Positions 21,565-33,996 of a stretch of 37,664 bases of DNA are shown piece by piece. The notes below the pieces were generated by a model, which worked only from the letters and a program-made list of their open reading frames with translations, ran no database searches and was not told where the DNA came from. This stretch comes from Octopus bimaculoides. Lineage: Eukaryota. A program made the translations under genes and the position numbers. The first letter of the stretch is position 1. The number at the start of each line of letters is the position of its first letter. The DNA lies in contig NC_068982.1 of assembly GCF_001194135.2 (NCBI RefSeq), positions 174,123,319 to 174,160,982 on the forward strand, written 5' to 3'.

Positions 21565-21896
21565 TTCATACGGCCACTTATTGTGATGGACTATATCTAC
21601 CGACATTATTATGGATCTCCGAGCACCCAGAAACAGCTGTTGGTCTTATGACACCTTTCTTCCACCCACTTAAATTTTCTCTATTATTTGTACTCTGTGT
21701 AAGTTGGAGCTCTTGATATAAATATCTGTATATCTATACTTGAAAATTCATCATCTAAATGTTTCCACCTTTTGCTTTCTCTCATTTCTCATTTTGCATG
21801 TATACATATATAAATATTTTGTATTTCATACCCAAGCTATTATATTTAATATATTTAATATATTTATTGTATCTAATTTGTTTATATATATATATT

Positions 21897-21944
<48 letters not shown>

Positions 21945-22839
21945 TATAAAAACACACACCTACATAAACCACACACCCACGTCCACTCACACCTACACCC
22001 ACACGAATATATGTATATATATACATACGGATATATATCTAAACATATGTGAATGCAAATATGTGTGTGCTTTTATATATATAGAGTAATGTATAAACAT
22101 ATATTAGTTTTGATACATATGCGAGTCTGCTTATGTATATGGGTATATACATATTTGCATACACATAAATGTATATATGTGTGTGTGTGTGTGCATGTAC
22201 GTGTGTGCGTGTATGCATGTGTTTGTATGTGCGTGTGTGCTTATATATACATATACGTTCACACATACATACGTATGTACATACATACATACATACATAC
22301 ATACATACACACGCATACAATACACAGACACTAACACACACACACACACACATTATATGCTTAGTGGGGATTTGTGATGTTTGTTGCACTAAGCACCACG
22401 AACCAAAACCAAATTCCTTGGCTCATTGACTAAGTTTGTCTCTACACTTGATATTGCTAAATAAACAGAACTCACCATCAAGTTGAATATCACATCTGCT
22501 AGATATAAATGAGCCTCATTTGTATGTGATAAGAACATACTGGAAAGATGAAAATAAATATATAAATGAAAGAAATATATCTAGAACCCTATAAAAACTT
22601 ATGGGTCTTTGTTGTTGTTGTGTTTTAATGTTTTGTATTTGTTTTATTTTTGCTTGCAAGTCATGCAAAGACAGCACATTTTGTTGGTTATGGTTTCAGT
22701 TTATTTTTTAAGAATTGCCTTAAATGACGGTGGAGAGTATATTGTTTACCACATGTCACACTTCGTCCAATAAACTCCACAGTTTTTAGCTGGGTGTAAG
22801 GTACCAAATAATTCGTGCAGCACGAAACGTAGCTGCTTA

Positions 22840-22840
<1 letters not shown>

Positions 22841-22896
<56 letters not shown>

Positions 22897-22920
22897 TACT
22901 ACTACTACTACTACTACTAT

Positions 22921-22963
<43 letters not shown>
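22841..22963. repeat. Compound (ATT)n(ACT)n microsatellite
   Basis: Seen directly. Confidence 0.97.
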
Positions 22964-22964
<1 letters not shown>

Positions 22965-23368
22965 TGTATTTTTCGTTCTTATTTGGTTTTGTAGTCTTAC
23001 AGAAATGATTTTTACTCAATATTTAATTATATAAATAAATATTCATCATTTACTTTCATCTTTAGCATGAAAATGTTTTCTGTTGTATCTCGGGAGGATC
23101 ATTGTGCCAATAATAAAAAAAAACACACACTGGCGCCTTTTTATTTCTTTTGTTATTATTATTCAACAAGCCTTCCATTTAATCAATTAAATAAATGGTG
23201 ACTTCATTAATCGTTCACTGAGTCAGATCTGAAGCAAATCCAGAGTAGAAAGAGAGAATATCTTTGATGATCTCATGAATAGCGACGAAAGGACTCTGAC
23301 GATCGATTTTAGCTGATTGGCTTATATAGTTAACAGGCCGAACTAATAATTATTATAGAAAGGGAAAA

Positions 23369-23590
23369 GGCGTCGAGCTTAACAGAATCGTCAGCACGCC
23401 GGGAGAAATGCTTTTCGGTATTTCGTCCTCTTATACATTCTGAGTCCAAATAGCGCCGAAGTCGAATTTGCTTTTCATTCTTTCAAGGTCGATAAAATAA
23501 ATACCAGTTGAGCACTGAGGTCGATATAATCGACTTTTCCTTCCACTAAAATTTCTGGCCTTGTGCCAAAGTTTTGAACCAATAATTATA
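23369..23590 (+). mobile_element. SINE family C, full length
   Basis: ggcgtcgagctt..cagaatcgtcagcacgccggg.gaaatgc...gtcgataaaataaataccag...tcgatataatcgac...ggccttgtgcc. Confidence 0.85.
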
Positions 23591-23623
23591 GAAAGGAAAT
23601 TGCGGCTGTACGTGTGTATATTA

Positions 23624-23815
23624 TTTTTTTCTACTCTAGGCACAAAGCCCGAGATTTGGGAGGAGAGGCCAGTCGATTAGATCGACCCCAGTACGCACTG
23701 GTACTTAATTTATTGACCCCGAAAGGATAAAAGGCAAAGTCAACCTCGGCGGAATTTGAATTCAGAACGTAAAGCATTTCACCCGGCGTGCTAAAGTTTC
23801 TGCCGGCTCGCCGCC
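23624..23815 (-). mobile_element. SINE family C with a ~20-bp internal deletion
   Basis: Reverse complement of the family C consensus. It lacks the acagacgaaataccgctaag-like segment seen in the 21352 and 9825 copies. Confidence 0.9.
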
Positions 23816-23872
23816 TTGTACGTGTGTATATTATTGGCAAAGTGACTCTACCGAGATACCAAGAAATTTGTA

Positions 23873-24310
23873 GGCGAAAGCGTGGCTGTGTGGTAAGTAG
23901 CTTACTTATGAACCACATGGTTCCGGGTTCAGTCCCACTGCGTGGCACCTTGGGCAAGTGTCTTATACTATAGCCTCGGGCCGACCAAAGCCTTGTGAGT
24001 GGATTTGGTAGACGGAAACTGAAAAAAGCCAGTCGTATACATGTATATGTATATATATGTGTGTGTGCGTGTGTGTGTTTGTGTGTCTGTGTTTGTCCCC
24101 CAACATCGCTTGACAACCGATGCTGGTGTGTTTACGTCCCCATAACTTAGCGTTCGGCAAAAGAGACATATAGAATAAGTACTAGGCTTACAAAGAATAA
24201 GTCTTGGGGTCGATTTGCTCGACTAAAGGCGGTGCCCCAGCATGGCCGCAGCCAAATGACTGAAGCAAGTAAAAGAGTAAAAGCGTAAAATAAAAGAGTA
24301 AAAGAGAGAG
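23873..24310 (+). mobile_element. Full tRNA-derived SINE family A/B (best copy; CORE-like central motif)
   Basis: A box TGGCTGTGTGG (23883-23893), B box GGTTCAGTCC (23926-23935), and gcaccttgggcaagt resembling the CORE-SINE motif. A central AT/GT tract and a (TAAAAGAG)n tail follow. It resembles octopus tRNA-derived SINEs from memory; the family name is not verifiable here. Confidence 0.92.
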
Positions 24311-24999
24311 TAACACCCGAGTTCACGTCAAGAATTTTGCAAACCTAATACAGTAGAATTATTTCTGTTAATACGTTTAGTGAGAACTCCAAGTAAAGAT
24401 TTCATAAATCTTATATTTTCTATTTTAAGATTTGACTGAGTTAATGTGCAGGCCTGTGCATTCGCTTGGTGGCTCCCTTATCACTTGCTGGTTCTTTTAT
24501 CGACAAGTAATGGCAATTATTGATGATACTTTTTGGTGCGTTCTAAATAATTCCGAAATGTGTTCGGAGTTGCAGGAAAAATGAAAAGAATATTAGTCAT
24601 TGACTGATAACATTTTCCCGCGTTCTACAATCGTTGCTCGTTAGCATCTTGAATTTTGAATTATAACATTGCGTAAACTTTTCCTTAAAATGGTTAATGC
24701 ATCTTCAATATAGAAATAAATAGAATTAGACAAATTATCATTAACAAAGAATACGGTAAATATATATAACAATAGTGGTAATAATACTGGCAATGATGTG
24801 TGTGTGTGTGTGTGTGTGCGTGCATGCGCGCACACGCCGGCCTGTCTGTCTATTTGCCTGTGTCTTTGTATGTAAGGTAAATTTGTGTGTGTAAACTAAA
24901 TTTGAATAATAAATAGCCTGAAAAATGTAAGGTAAACAAGCGTTGCGCAGTAAATGTAGAAACGACATAGATAAAATTCATATATATATGTATATTATA

Positions 25000-25038
<39 letters not shown>

Positions 25039-25101
25039 NNNNNNNNNNNNNNNNNNNNNNNAGGTTGGAATAAATTTTTATTCCCTAATATTATTACTAT
25101 G

Positions 25102-25153
<52 letters not shown>

Positions 25154-25183
25154 CACATATATACATATATATATACACACACA

Positions 25184-25214
<31 letters not shown>

Positions 25215-26139
25215 CACACACATATCTACCTATACACATTTACATATTTATACACACATACCCATACTCGCATACATATATATGAATGTGTGCGCGCGCG
25301 CGCGTGCATGCGCATGTGTGAGTATTTGCGTGTGTGTGAAATGTTAAATGCATAAATTCGATCTAATTATAACCTATTTTTACATAAAAATATTGTTGTA
25401 CTTAATAATATATCAATCATAGTCCTGAAATAGCTGCCTCAGGCCACTGTATTGTTTGAAAAATACGAGATAATGATTCATTGTAGATATCCGGTGACAT
25501 TTTTTTTTTTTTTTTTTTTGTGGTGCCGATCCAATCATGTACAACAAGAAGCAATTCGTTTAGGTATTGCAAGTTTCAATAATGTAATTCAAAACAGAAA
25601 ATAATTTTGCTTTCATCAATTTCTGACAAGAAAGAGTATCCTACATTGAAGAATTGGTCATATATCTGGAATGGTGCGACTATTTCACCGACGAATATCG
25701 TAGATACTCTCCATCAAAAGTCTGTTAGATTTAAACATGTGTAAACAATCAAAATAATAAGAATAAAGAAGAAAATTATTGCAACAAAATACCCCAGTAG
25801 AGGGGAATATCACCCAAGGGTAACCAAAGAATTTTACAGATACTGAATCACCCCGGCACCACTCTCCCATCTGTTTGCTCTGCTCTACAGCTCAGCATAG
25901 ACCCATCCACTCGGGCCATCCACGCCGAATTTACATTTCAACAAAATTATTCTTAGCGGGAAGCAGCGCTTACCTCTCAAATCTCATCTTCCTTTTGAAA
26001 TGTAACTTAAATGTACCAATGCTGGCTTGACCCACGAGAGAGGTGTCTGGCTTCAATATTTTCAACGTTATTCACCATACAACGTCTCTTGCCATGGCCA
26101 CCAACCAAAAGAAAACTGCATACCCTTCTTAACCAAAGG

Positions 26140-26665
26140 AATGCGACAGAGTACTCTTCACAATGAAGTCAACCGGTATCCGGATGTGTTCTACACATGA
26201 ATGTAGCGGTTCTACATAACTCCACTTGTCAACAATGCTCGGGCACGGTACGAGCGAGTGCAAGACTGCTTTTGGCCTGCTCGCATCTCCAGCAGGCCCG
26301 GCTAATGGTTGGCAAGGCCCCAGAGTAGCACTGCCAGGTCAAGGAATTTTGAAAATTATCCATAGGCTCCTGGATAGCCAGTCTGCTAGAACAGACTAAC
26401 TAGCTGATTCTCATCGATGCCTCATGAATGGCATTGTCTTTGCCGCCACTAATGCTCTATAAAACACTGTGACACAGCTTCCACTGGCCGCTTACGCCAT
26501 TGGCGACACTAGGTGTCAGGCACCCTACGACGGAGTATGCTTTATCCAGGACTGGCGACCATGTCTGCTCACTTTCAAGGAAACGCGAGAGATGTTGCGG
26601 CCTCAGCGCATGTCTGTACATCATTAACCACGACATGCCTAGCACTCCAAGTAGAGGATAATGAC
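26140..26665 (+). mobile_element. Very decayed Ty3/Gypsy integrase relic
   Basis: Frameshifted fragments: VNNARAR...CFWPARISS (resembles the H2C2 region M..RAR..VFWP.I), LPPLMLYKTL*HS..TGR (resembles ..YR.TPHS.TG.), and LALQVEDN (resembles L..LQVGD.V), in the expected order. Confidence 0.45.
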
Positions 26666-26699
26666 AGCAAATGGAAATTCAATGCTTGAAAACATTTTC

Positions 26700-27117
26700 C
26701 TCATCTTCCATGGGAAGCGTGAAGAAGAGGGGTCCTGATGTGTGCTGCACTTGTTGCGATTCACCTACTACCTTTCTCTTCTATTTGCTTGAATCAGGTC
26801 TTCCAACCAGGTCTCCTTGACATTGGTTTATCTTCGAGGCTGGTGTTACCAACGTCTGAACCAGTTTTGTGTCACACATTCGTTGACACTTCCTGGTCCT
26901 TCCGCATTTATTTCTTTTTCCTTTTGCTACTGCCATTGCACTCAGTCCGTTTCCTCAAAAGTAACGTAAAATGGTTCTGATTGTAATTTGTTTGTCATTC
27001 ATTATTAAAGCTGTAAAAATAAAGAATAATGCTTATATTTTATATATGCAAAAAGTAAATAAATAAATAAGCATTTCAGTAACGATTGCACAACTTGTAT
27101 CAAATTAATGATATAAT
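26700..27117 (-). pseudogene. Mariner 5' end and N-terminal transposase relic
   Basis: The minus strand from the ATG at 27002 gives MNDKQITIRTILRYF*GNGLSAMAVA, then with frameshifts EGPGSVNECVTQNWFRR and GNTSLEDKPMSRRP, matching the mariner HTH/WF..F..G..SLED.PRSGRP motif. Confidence 0.75.
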
Positions 27118-27164
27118 ACGAAGACAAAAATTGCGAAAATTATCGGTGAAAATCCAAAAGCCTT

Positions 27165-27255
27165 TTGACTCAACCTCACTAAAATACTTTAGTTGATCGA
27201 GGATAAATAAAAGGCAAAGTCGTCCGCAGTGGGATTTGAACTCAGAACATGAAAA
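27165..27255 (-). mobile_element. SINE family C fragment
   Basis: aaaaggcaaagtcgtccgcagtgggatttgaactcagaac. Confidence 0.65.
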
Positions 27256-27870
27256 TCATTAATAAATACAAAAGTGCAGTATCTCAATACTCTTGCGATT
27301 GTGCCTATCTGGCGTTCTTCGTACTCAGAGATTAACTAAAGAATTTTATAATGACGAGTTGCAAATAAAAATACTCAGTAGTATTACACGTTGTTTGACA
27401 TTATTCAAACATTAAGATGTAAAGAAAAAACTACGAAGTAAATATTCTATTGGTCTGATATTTTACGGAAGCACATGCGGTGAACACTTATAATGCATGC
27501 AGCAAAGCAAACCCTCGTCTTTCCGGGGGGGGGTGTTCTAGTTTGTTTTTTTTCAAGATACACCAATATAACTGAGAAGGTAGCGATTAGATCCAGTACA
27601 AATTAGGCGGAGAGCATAAGCGACGAAACAAACGAATTAAAACGATGCCTGATGCGACAAGGTATACAGGTAACATATTGAATCCGGTAATACCTATACC
27701 CATATTTCGCCCGTTCAGAACACACACACACACATATATATATATATACATACATACATCATTCACACACACAGACACACACATGCTCTCTCACACACAC
27801 ATACACACACATTGTCACAACAACAATGTTCACGGTAACAGATATAACGGAGTCCCAGGATCCATCGAGT

Positions 27871-28069
27871 GAGCCTCTTTGTAATCGTTCCTCCAGCTAG
27901 AAATAGCAGTCAAATAACCAACTTTCGAATTATACCCGTCCTAAATAAATTAAGGACACAGTCCAAGGTAGCACTAAAACGATGGAAAGGTCACGCCTGG
28001 AAAGCATTGCATCGTATTTTTACACAATCAGGGCCAACTCAGGGCTAAATAACAATAACAATACGGAAT
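27871..28069 (-). mobile_element. Family G interspersed repeat
   Basis: ctagaaatagcagtcaaat...aaggacac...ggtcacgcctggaaagc...cagggccaactcagggctaaataac, the reverse complement of the motifs at 14200-14390. Confidence 0.55.
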
Positions 28070-28084
28070 ATTTTTATTCATCTT

Positions 28085-28225
28085 TCTGTATTGTATGTTC
28101 AAATCCCGACGCCGTTCTTTCCCTCTAACATCAATAAAGTTAGTACCAGTAATATCTCAAGAAGCGATCAACCGACTCTTCCTATCATTATAAATTTGAG
28201 ACGTCGTTCTTCTGTTACAAAGGAT
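28085..28225 (+). mobile_element. SINE family C-like fragment, highly diverged
   Basis: gttcaaatccc B box and aataaagttagtaccag. Confidence 0.4.
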
Positions 28226-28762
28226 TTCTGTTGCTACTGTTATTTTGTTTTACTTTCATTTCTATAGTAGCTGTAGCAATAGCAGCATATTATTATTATT
28301 ATTATTGTTGTTGTTGTTGTTGTTGTATACTGTTATTGCGGCTATTCGCATTAGTGTTGTATCACCAACTGCTGCCCCTGTCGACGTCGATGTTGTTGTT
28401 GCTGCGAATGTTTGAAATATTTTACTCTGAGTTGTTTGCTTACCATTACATTCTCTTCTCCTTGTCTGAGCATTAAGTTTATTTTCATGAGCGAGCTACT
28501 CTACCGCCGCCATCATTACCATCTCATAACCTGCAATACATACAACCATACAAGCTCTCGTACATGACACATTCGTGTATACTCACACACTCACGCAGAC
28601 AAATACTTCTTATAACTATGGTATTTATCACTGTTTTTGTTAACGCCGTCGTTGTTTCTACCGCTGTTGATTTTGCCAATATTGTTGCGGGTTTTACTAC
28701 TGGTGTTGTTGTACTTGCTGTTGCCGCCGCTGCTGCTGCTGCTGCTGCTGTAGTAGTGGTTT

Positions 28763-28870
28763 TAGGGAACGCCTGTAGCCAAGTGGTTAGATTGTGGTTT
28801 CGTTTCCCTGACTGGCTGTACGTTGTGCTCTTTCACGCTGCTCTTGTCCACTCAGCTGCAAATGGGTTAC
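28763..28870 (+). mobile_element. tRNA-derived SINE fragment (family H)
   Basis: gtagccaagtggttag (A-box-like), ggtttcgtttccc (B-box-like), and ctcttgtccactcagctgcaaatgggt, a motif typical of SINE central domains. Confidence 0.5.
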
Positions 28871-29194
28871 TTTTTGACGGAATGGTATACAAGGGTGAGA
28901 TGTGGACCCATGAAAATCACCCGAACAGCGATCTCGCGAGACAAGTTTTGTATTCAGCGATCGAAAGAATGATTAATACAACCCGTTCTGTGAATCGCGA
29001 CTGGTTAGGTCCGAAGGCCGATTGATTGATTGGTAGCGGTTTTTGCTTCTATTTGTTGTTATTGTTGTTGTTGTTGCTGCTGCTGCTACGGCTGCTGTTG
29101 TTGCTGTTACTGTTGTTGTTTGGAAGCTGATGGGTGGTAGAAACAAAACAGAAGTAGACTAAAATGACTTGTTGCATTTACTCAAGGTCCTTTA

Positions 29195-29345
29195 CGACAC
29201 CGAATTCAAACCTCGCCAAAATCAACTTTACCATTTATTCTTACTAGGTCGATAAAATAATATTACTCTATTTACTCAGGTCGATGTAATCGATTCTTAC
29301 CTACCCTAATATAAGCACCCATTTGGCTGTTAGAAACGTTGATAT
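29195..29345 (+). mobile_element. SINE family C, diverged
   Basis: gaattcaaacctcgcc..tcaacttt..ggtcgataaaataa..ggtcgatgtaatcga. Confidence 0.55.
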
Positions 29346-29499
29346 TAATACAGAGTGACCAGTCTCACTGACAAAGTGGTCGAGAGAAAGCTGTTCCTGA
29401 AAAGGCAGGCGGTGTAATTAAATCCTTTGTTGTTTCATTAGTACAGTACTACCAGTGTCCTAGAAAACACTAGAGCAGATCGGGACATACGTCTTGTTG

Positions 29500-30150
29500 A
29501 TTCTGAGGAAAAGTTAAGTTCCGCTGGTCAGAAGATTCTTCAAGCACTCAGTACAATGTGTCAAAAGATTATACGGTTGGCGATCACATGGTAAGGCCGA
29601 CGCATCTGAAAATATTTCTAAATGACAATAATGATGAACAGATGTAGTCATCGTTTGTGCGACACAACTTCTCACAGCTCGTCTCTTGACCAGTTGCAGT
29701 ACTGGAACAAGCAGAGGTTGAGATTGAACCGTTGACACGTGGTAGTCATTCACTGATAGTTCGAATGAAAGAATTAGGGAAAATATGAACTATGATGGCA
29801 TGGGAGGAGCTATTCTAGGCATCAATGATGATATTCTAAGTAGTCTCTTCTAACGGGTTGCTCAGATCGGGGATTATTGAAAATACAAAATTCATGAGCC
29901 TGGTAGTGCTGCAGAGCGGCTTTGCCTGTTCGAAATAAACTTAACAGATAGGTATGTGCTGAATTCCAGCAACTAAAATGTTGAAAATGCACCTAGGATG
30001 AATAAATGGTGAGGCCATCAGCCAAGTTTGCCAAGCAGATCGACTTCTCATCTGCTGTTAGCAAGAAAGAGCAGGTAGCACTCCTCCATCTCAGGCGGAG
30101 AAAGCGTACTGAGGGCGGTGAGATGGTTTAAGGAAAGAGCCTTTACTTAG
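29500..30150 (+). mobile_element. Possible very decayed LINE reverse transcriptase relic
   Basis: Scattered frameshifted motifs VSLTSC (~29681; one base must be restored), F*RV, LTDRYV and ING occur in RT order. Weak. Confidence 0.25.
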
Positions 30151-30707
30151 TTCGAGCTTTCATGGATTCTTTTATGTTTTATTTTTTTTAGCACTACTCC
30201 AAAAGGAAGGTAAGTGTTAAGAGGGTGGTGTTTCCTTCCACTAAATTTGTGCAAGCTGGATAAAGTGACTAAATTGGCATGGTCTACATTACCTATGTAA
30301 CTGTTGGTCGGCGGCAAGGTTGAAAGACAGCATTCTTTTGATGACTTAGATTCTCTCCCCTTTGAAGTGAACTTTTTCCTGTTATTATTTTATTGCGCTA
30401 GACTGTTCTTGTTTGTCTTTATTGTCTTAATTGACGTTAAACATCACCCTTTTATTTGTAAACATGGCGTCATGAATATAGAGGCATAATAAAGCTTCTA
30501 CAAAGGTGGTAACAATATTTACGCCGCATCAAAAACAATTCTACTGATTTTTAAAAATCAAACAGTAAAAGATAAGTTACGCAGTTTAACAGGTGTCACA
30601 TTAGCAAAAATTGACATAACAATTAGTGAAAGCCAGAATTATAACAAATACCTTGTTAACCTGGCGAGGAGGTTAGTAGAGCAAAGTTTTAAAGAGACAT
30701 TCAGGTG

Positions 30708-30856
30708 ATATTAACAGGAGTATTGAATGAAATTTGTGGAAATCTCCCTGCACCGAAGGTTAGAAATGTTATTTTTTGTTGTTATTCTGTTTCTGCTTTG
30801 TGCGAAGTTTTGTAAATATGGCTACCGTTGATAACGGTGGTAGATCTCCTGTGTAG
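30708..30856 (+). repeat. Direct repeat, copy 1 (~150 bp)
   Basis: Aligns with 31772-31930 (aacagg.gtattgaat.aaatttg..gaaat...gaaggttaga.atgttat...gctttgtgc.aagttttg.aaatatggcta.cgttgataacggtggtag...ctcctgtgtag). Confidence 0.9.
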
Positions 30857-31555
30857 ATTATTTGGATGGTCTATCATAGCACAGCCAAGATGTACCAAAC
30901 GTTGGAAGCTTTCTATCCCATACACCACAAAAGTGTTCGTGGGCGATTTGGGGATATCAAGCTTTAGTAAGAGGAATGGCAGACATGCAGAATTGTGGGG
31001 TGCACTGACCCCGATTAGGTGGCGTCTTCTTACTCGTGTATGCTAGGATAATGTTTTCCTTGTTTCCTTAATTTTTTAAGTCGATCCAAACACGTGTTTG
31101 TATCACATTTGTAACAAGTCTATAGCTGGTATGATTGAGTCTTGGAGGTAAAAATAAGCTACGATTATTGCTATTAGTCATGTTATTGTGTTTGTAACAG
31201 TTTTGTGCGAGCATCTCCTACATTACAAGCTGCACTCCGAGCTCCTGAAGTATATACAGTATTGATTTATAGTGATGTAGAATTGCGTTTGTATACTACA
31301 TCAGTTTTGCTTTGTTGAGGAGAATAAGGTTGTTATTTCTAGCTTTAGTTTTGTGTTTCATCTCTTGTACAGATTAGTTGCTGTGTGGGCCAAGTTATTA
31401 TGTCTGGTGGTGTTTGCGTTTTGTGTGTGCTGTGTGTTTTGTATTGCGTTTACGTTTTAGTATTGGATGGTGACAGTGTATAGTTTATATGATGTGTGGC
31501 TTGGGTGGTTTAATAGGTTGCAATTTTATTAAATGTGACTTGCATAATTTATTGT

Positions 31556-31556
31556 T

Positions 31557-31597
<41 letters not shown>

Positions 31598-31605
31598 TAT
31601 TATTA

Positions 31606-31643
<38 letters not shown>

Positions 31644-31650
31644 ATTATTT
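31556..31650. repeat. Compound (ATC)n(ATT)n microsatellite
   Basis: Seen directly. Confidence 0.95.
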
Positions 31651-31771
31651 CTTTAGGGATATTGTTGCTATTGGATTTTACCGTGACATGACGCGTTTCT
31701 CATCGCTCGTGTTTAGCTTTATAGTTTTTTTCTTTAAGTTAAAGCTTGTTGAATATTTTGTTTTTTATAAA

Positions 31772-31930
31772 ATATCAACAGGGGTATTGAATAAAATTTG
31801 TTGAAATTTTTCTGCTCTGAAGGTTAGATATGTTATTTGTTGTTGTTGTTGTTACTCAGTTTCAGCTTTGTGCAAAGTTTTGAAAATATGGCTATCGTTG
31901 ATAACGGTGGTAGCCAGCTCTCCTGTGTAG
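31772..31930 (+). repeat. Direct repeat, copy 2 (~160 bp)
   Basis: See copy 1. It has an expanded (GTT)n and a small insertion before ctcctgtgtag. Confidence 0.9.
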
Positions 31931-32722
31931 GAAGGCGAAAATTTTAAATGTGATGAATGTTAGAAAAAATTTTGAATAAATTGAAAATAACACAAACTAA
32001 TTAAACACGAACAGTAACAATACAGGCAAAATATGGAATTACACGTTGGAGATGCGTGGTAGTGCATCTTTACAATAGCAGGTATGACAGCAGAGCTTTC
32101 GAGCAGAATATAATGAAAAATGGCGACGGGGACAAAATGTTAAACTTTGTATTTTAAAAAAATGCTTCAAAATACTGTAGCTTTACGCATACCTTTATAC
32201 CGAAAATGAATGGACAAAAACATTTCAGAAATTTGACAATACCATAGTAAAAGCATCCTCTTTCTGCAATAAAAATCGTGAAGAGAAGAAATAGAACAAA
32301 AGAAAAAGAGATAAAAAAAGAATCTTTTAGATGTACCTCCCTTCGGAACTGACCGAGAATACATTTCGAACAAATAATAAAATACACAGGACTAGATATC
32401 AACTGTGTGAACAGAGATATCTTTCCACTGCCTAGCTGATATATCATTTAACCACGAAGAGGTTGTGAAAAGAAATGCCACTATTTTAACTGTGTTCGAA
32501 AAATTTATGTTTGTACTTCTTTATTGAGGAAAGAAAGAGGAAATATGTAGGAAAGAAAGACGAAATATATATTACGAAATATATATTTCGAAATATATAT
32601 TACCAATAGGAATCAATACTATGTTTGCAGTTGCTTTTATGAAGGGACTTCGTGAATTTAGGCATAGCCAGAAAGGTTGATGGAACCTGAAATAATGGCA
32701 TATTCTGAACTGATGGTCACAT

Positions 32723-33340
32723 TAGTGGTGCACAAAACTATCTGGATGCTCCACATTAGAATCTTGCAGTTTATTTCAAGGGTAAACAATTTAATGTTAG
32801 TGATGGCGAACAAACAGCCTATGAAAAGTTTTAAGCTACACGTAGATTTCTTTGCTTTTTGCTTTTTGACCCATAAACATGTTTTCTGCTCAGTGCAGGT
32901 TTTTGGGCTCGTTGCGATTCTAATTTGACAAAACACAACTATGAAACCATAAAAAAAAACATCTCGATGAATTTAAACAACAGTAAATCAGCTTTTGGTA
33001 TCATTATAAAAAGTCCATCGAGAAACTGATAATTTTTTTGGCATAAATCATCAAACAGTGAATGACAAGTCAAGAGGTGAATCGAAGAAGGACGTTGCTG
33101 AATACAATAATGATCTGAAAGGTGGTACGAAGCTTGTGACAGAAAACAAAGAGAAGAGTTAAGAGGGAAGTTGTTAAACATGTTTGAGAGGCTTCAAGTT
33201 CTATGAATATGCAATGATATTGCGTAAGAAAACCATTAAGAGACTTTCGATATAATGGACGAGTTGCAAGAAAAAGGCCAAAGATTTCAACAGCAAAAGA
33301 ATGCTAAATAGCTTCAACTGGGTTAAATACGAGTATTGAG
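32723..33340 (+). mobile_element. Tc1-like transposon relic
   Basis: A TIR-like tagtggtgcacaaaactatctgga at 32723-32746, and YNGRVARKRPKIS at 33251 followed by NAK*LQ-WVK, matching the Tc1 G...RVARKKP.IS..N...RL.WA motif. Confidence 0.5.
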
Positions 33341-33471
33341 CGTGAATAATATGGTATGACGAAAGCAAATTCTAACATGTATGTGTGTGCGTGTATGTGT
33401 GTGTATGAGTGAGTGAGTATGTGTATGTGTGCGCATGAATGTTTGTTTGTGTGCGCGTGTGTATATGCATA

Positions 33472-33690
33472 TTTTTATCTTTTACTAGTTTCAGTCAATA
33501 GACTGCGGCCATACTGGGGCACCGCCTGGAGGAAACTTAGTCGAACGAATCAACCACAGTACTTATTTTTCGTTTTAAGCCTGGTACTTACTCCATAGAT
33601 TTCATGTGCTGAACAGCTAAATTACGTGGACATAAACCAAACAGCACCGATTGTCAAACGATGTTGGGGGAACAAACACAGACACAAAGA
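33472..33690 (-). mobile_element. SINE family A/B, 3' half
   Basis: tcttttactagtttcagtcaatagactgcggccatactggggcaccgcc...ttagtcgaacgaatcaacc...gattgtcaaacgatgttggggg. Confidence 0.85.
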
Positions 33691-33996
33691 CGCCCGCACG
33701 CACATACACCCCCCCACACACACACACACACATATATATGTAAAATATGGTATAATTATAAACAGGGCCAATTTTAGTCATTTCTCTGCAGACTGAAAAA
33801 GAACAGTGATGAATAAATTTAATCGATTTTCGAAGCTTATAGGGTTTTCATTAGAGGTGTCCACATCATTCTGACAGTCTCCAGAGAAACAAGCGGCCAA
33901 ACTATTTATATACTCAATAAATGCGACAGGTACTCTATGAAGGAATCCCTAATTTGCATACCGAAAGCGTTTAGCACTCTATAAACACCAGCGGCC

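Noticed and set aside
22817-22836. GCAGC-AC-GAAACGTA-GCTGC, resembling hammerhead stem I plus the GAAAC-GUA half
   Set aside because: It lacks CUGANGA and stem II entirely and is too short to distinguish from chance.
28564-29025. 153-aa ORF with hydrophobic and poly-Ala stretch
   Set aside because: It is built from GTT/GCT trinucleotide low complexity plus a SINE fragment, starts at a non-ATG-supported context, and shows no recognisable domain.
31683-31715. Minus strand GATGA-GAAACGCGTC, palindromic stem III-like
   Set aside because: No stem II and no stem I pairing.
32110-32135. AAAATGGCGAC (YY1-like or start-codon context) near an AGATGC/GCATCT hairpin
   Set aside because: The reading frame stops after six codons and there is no other promoter or exon evidence.
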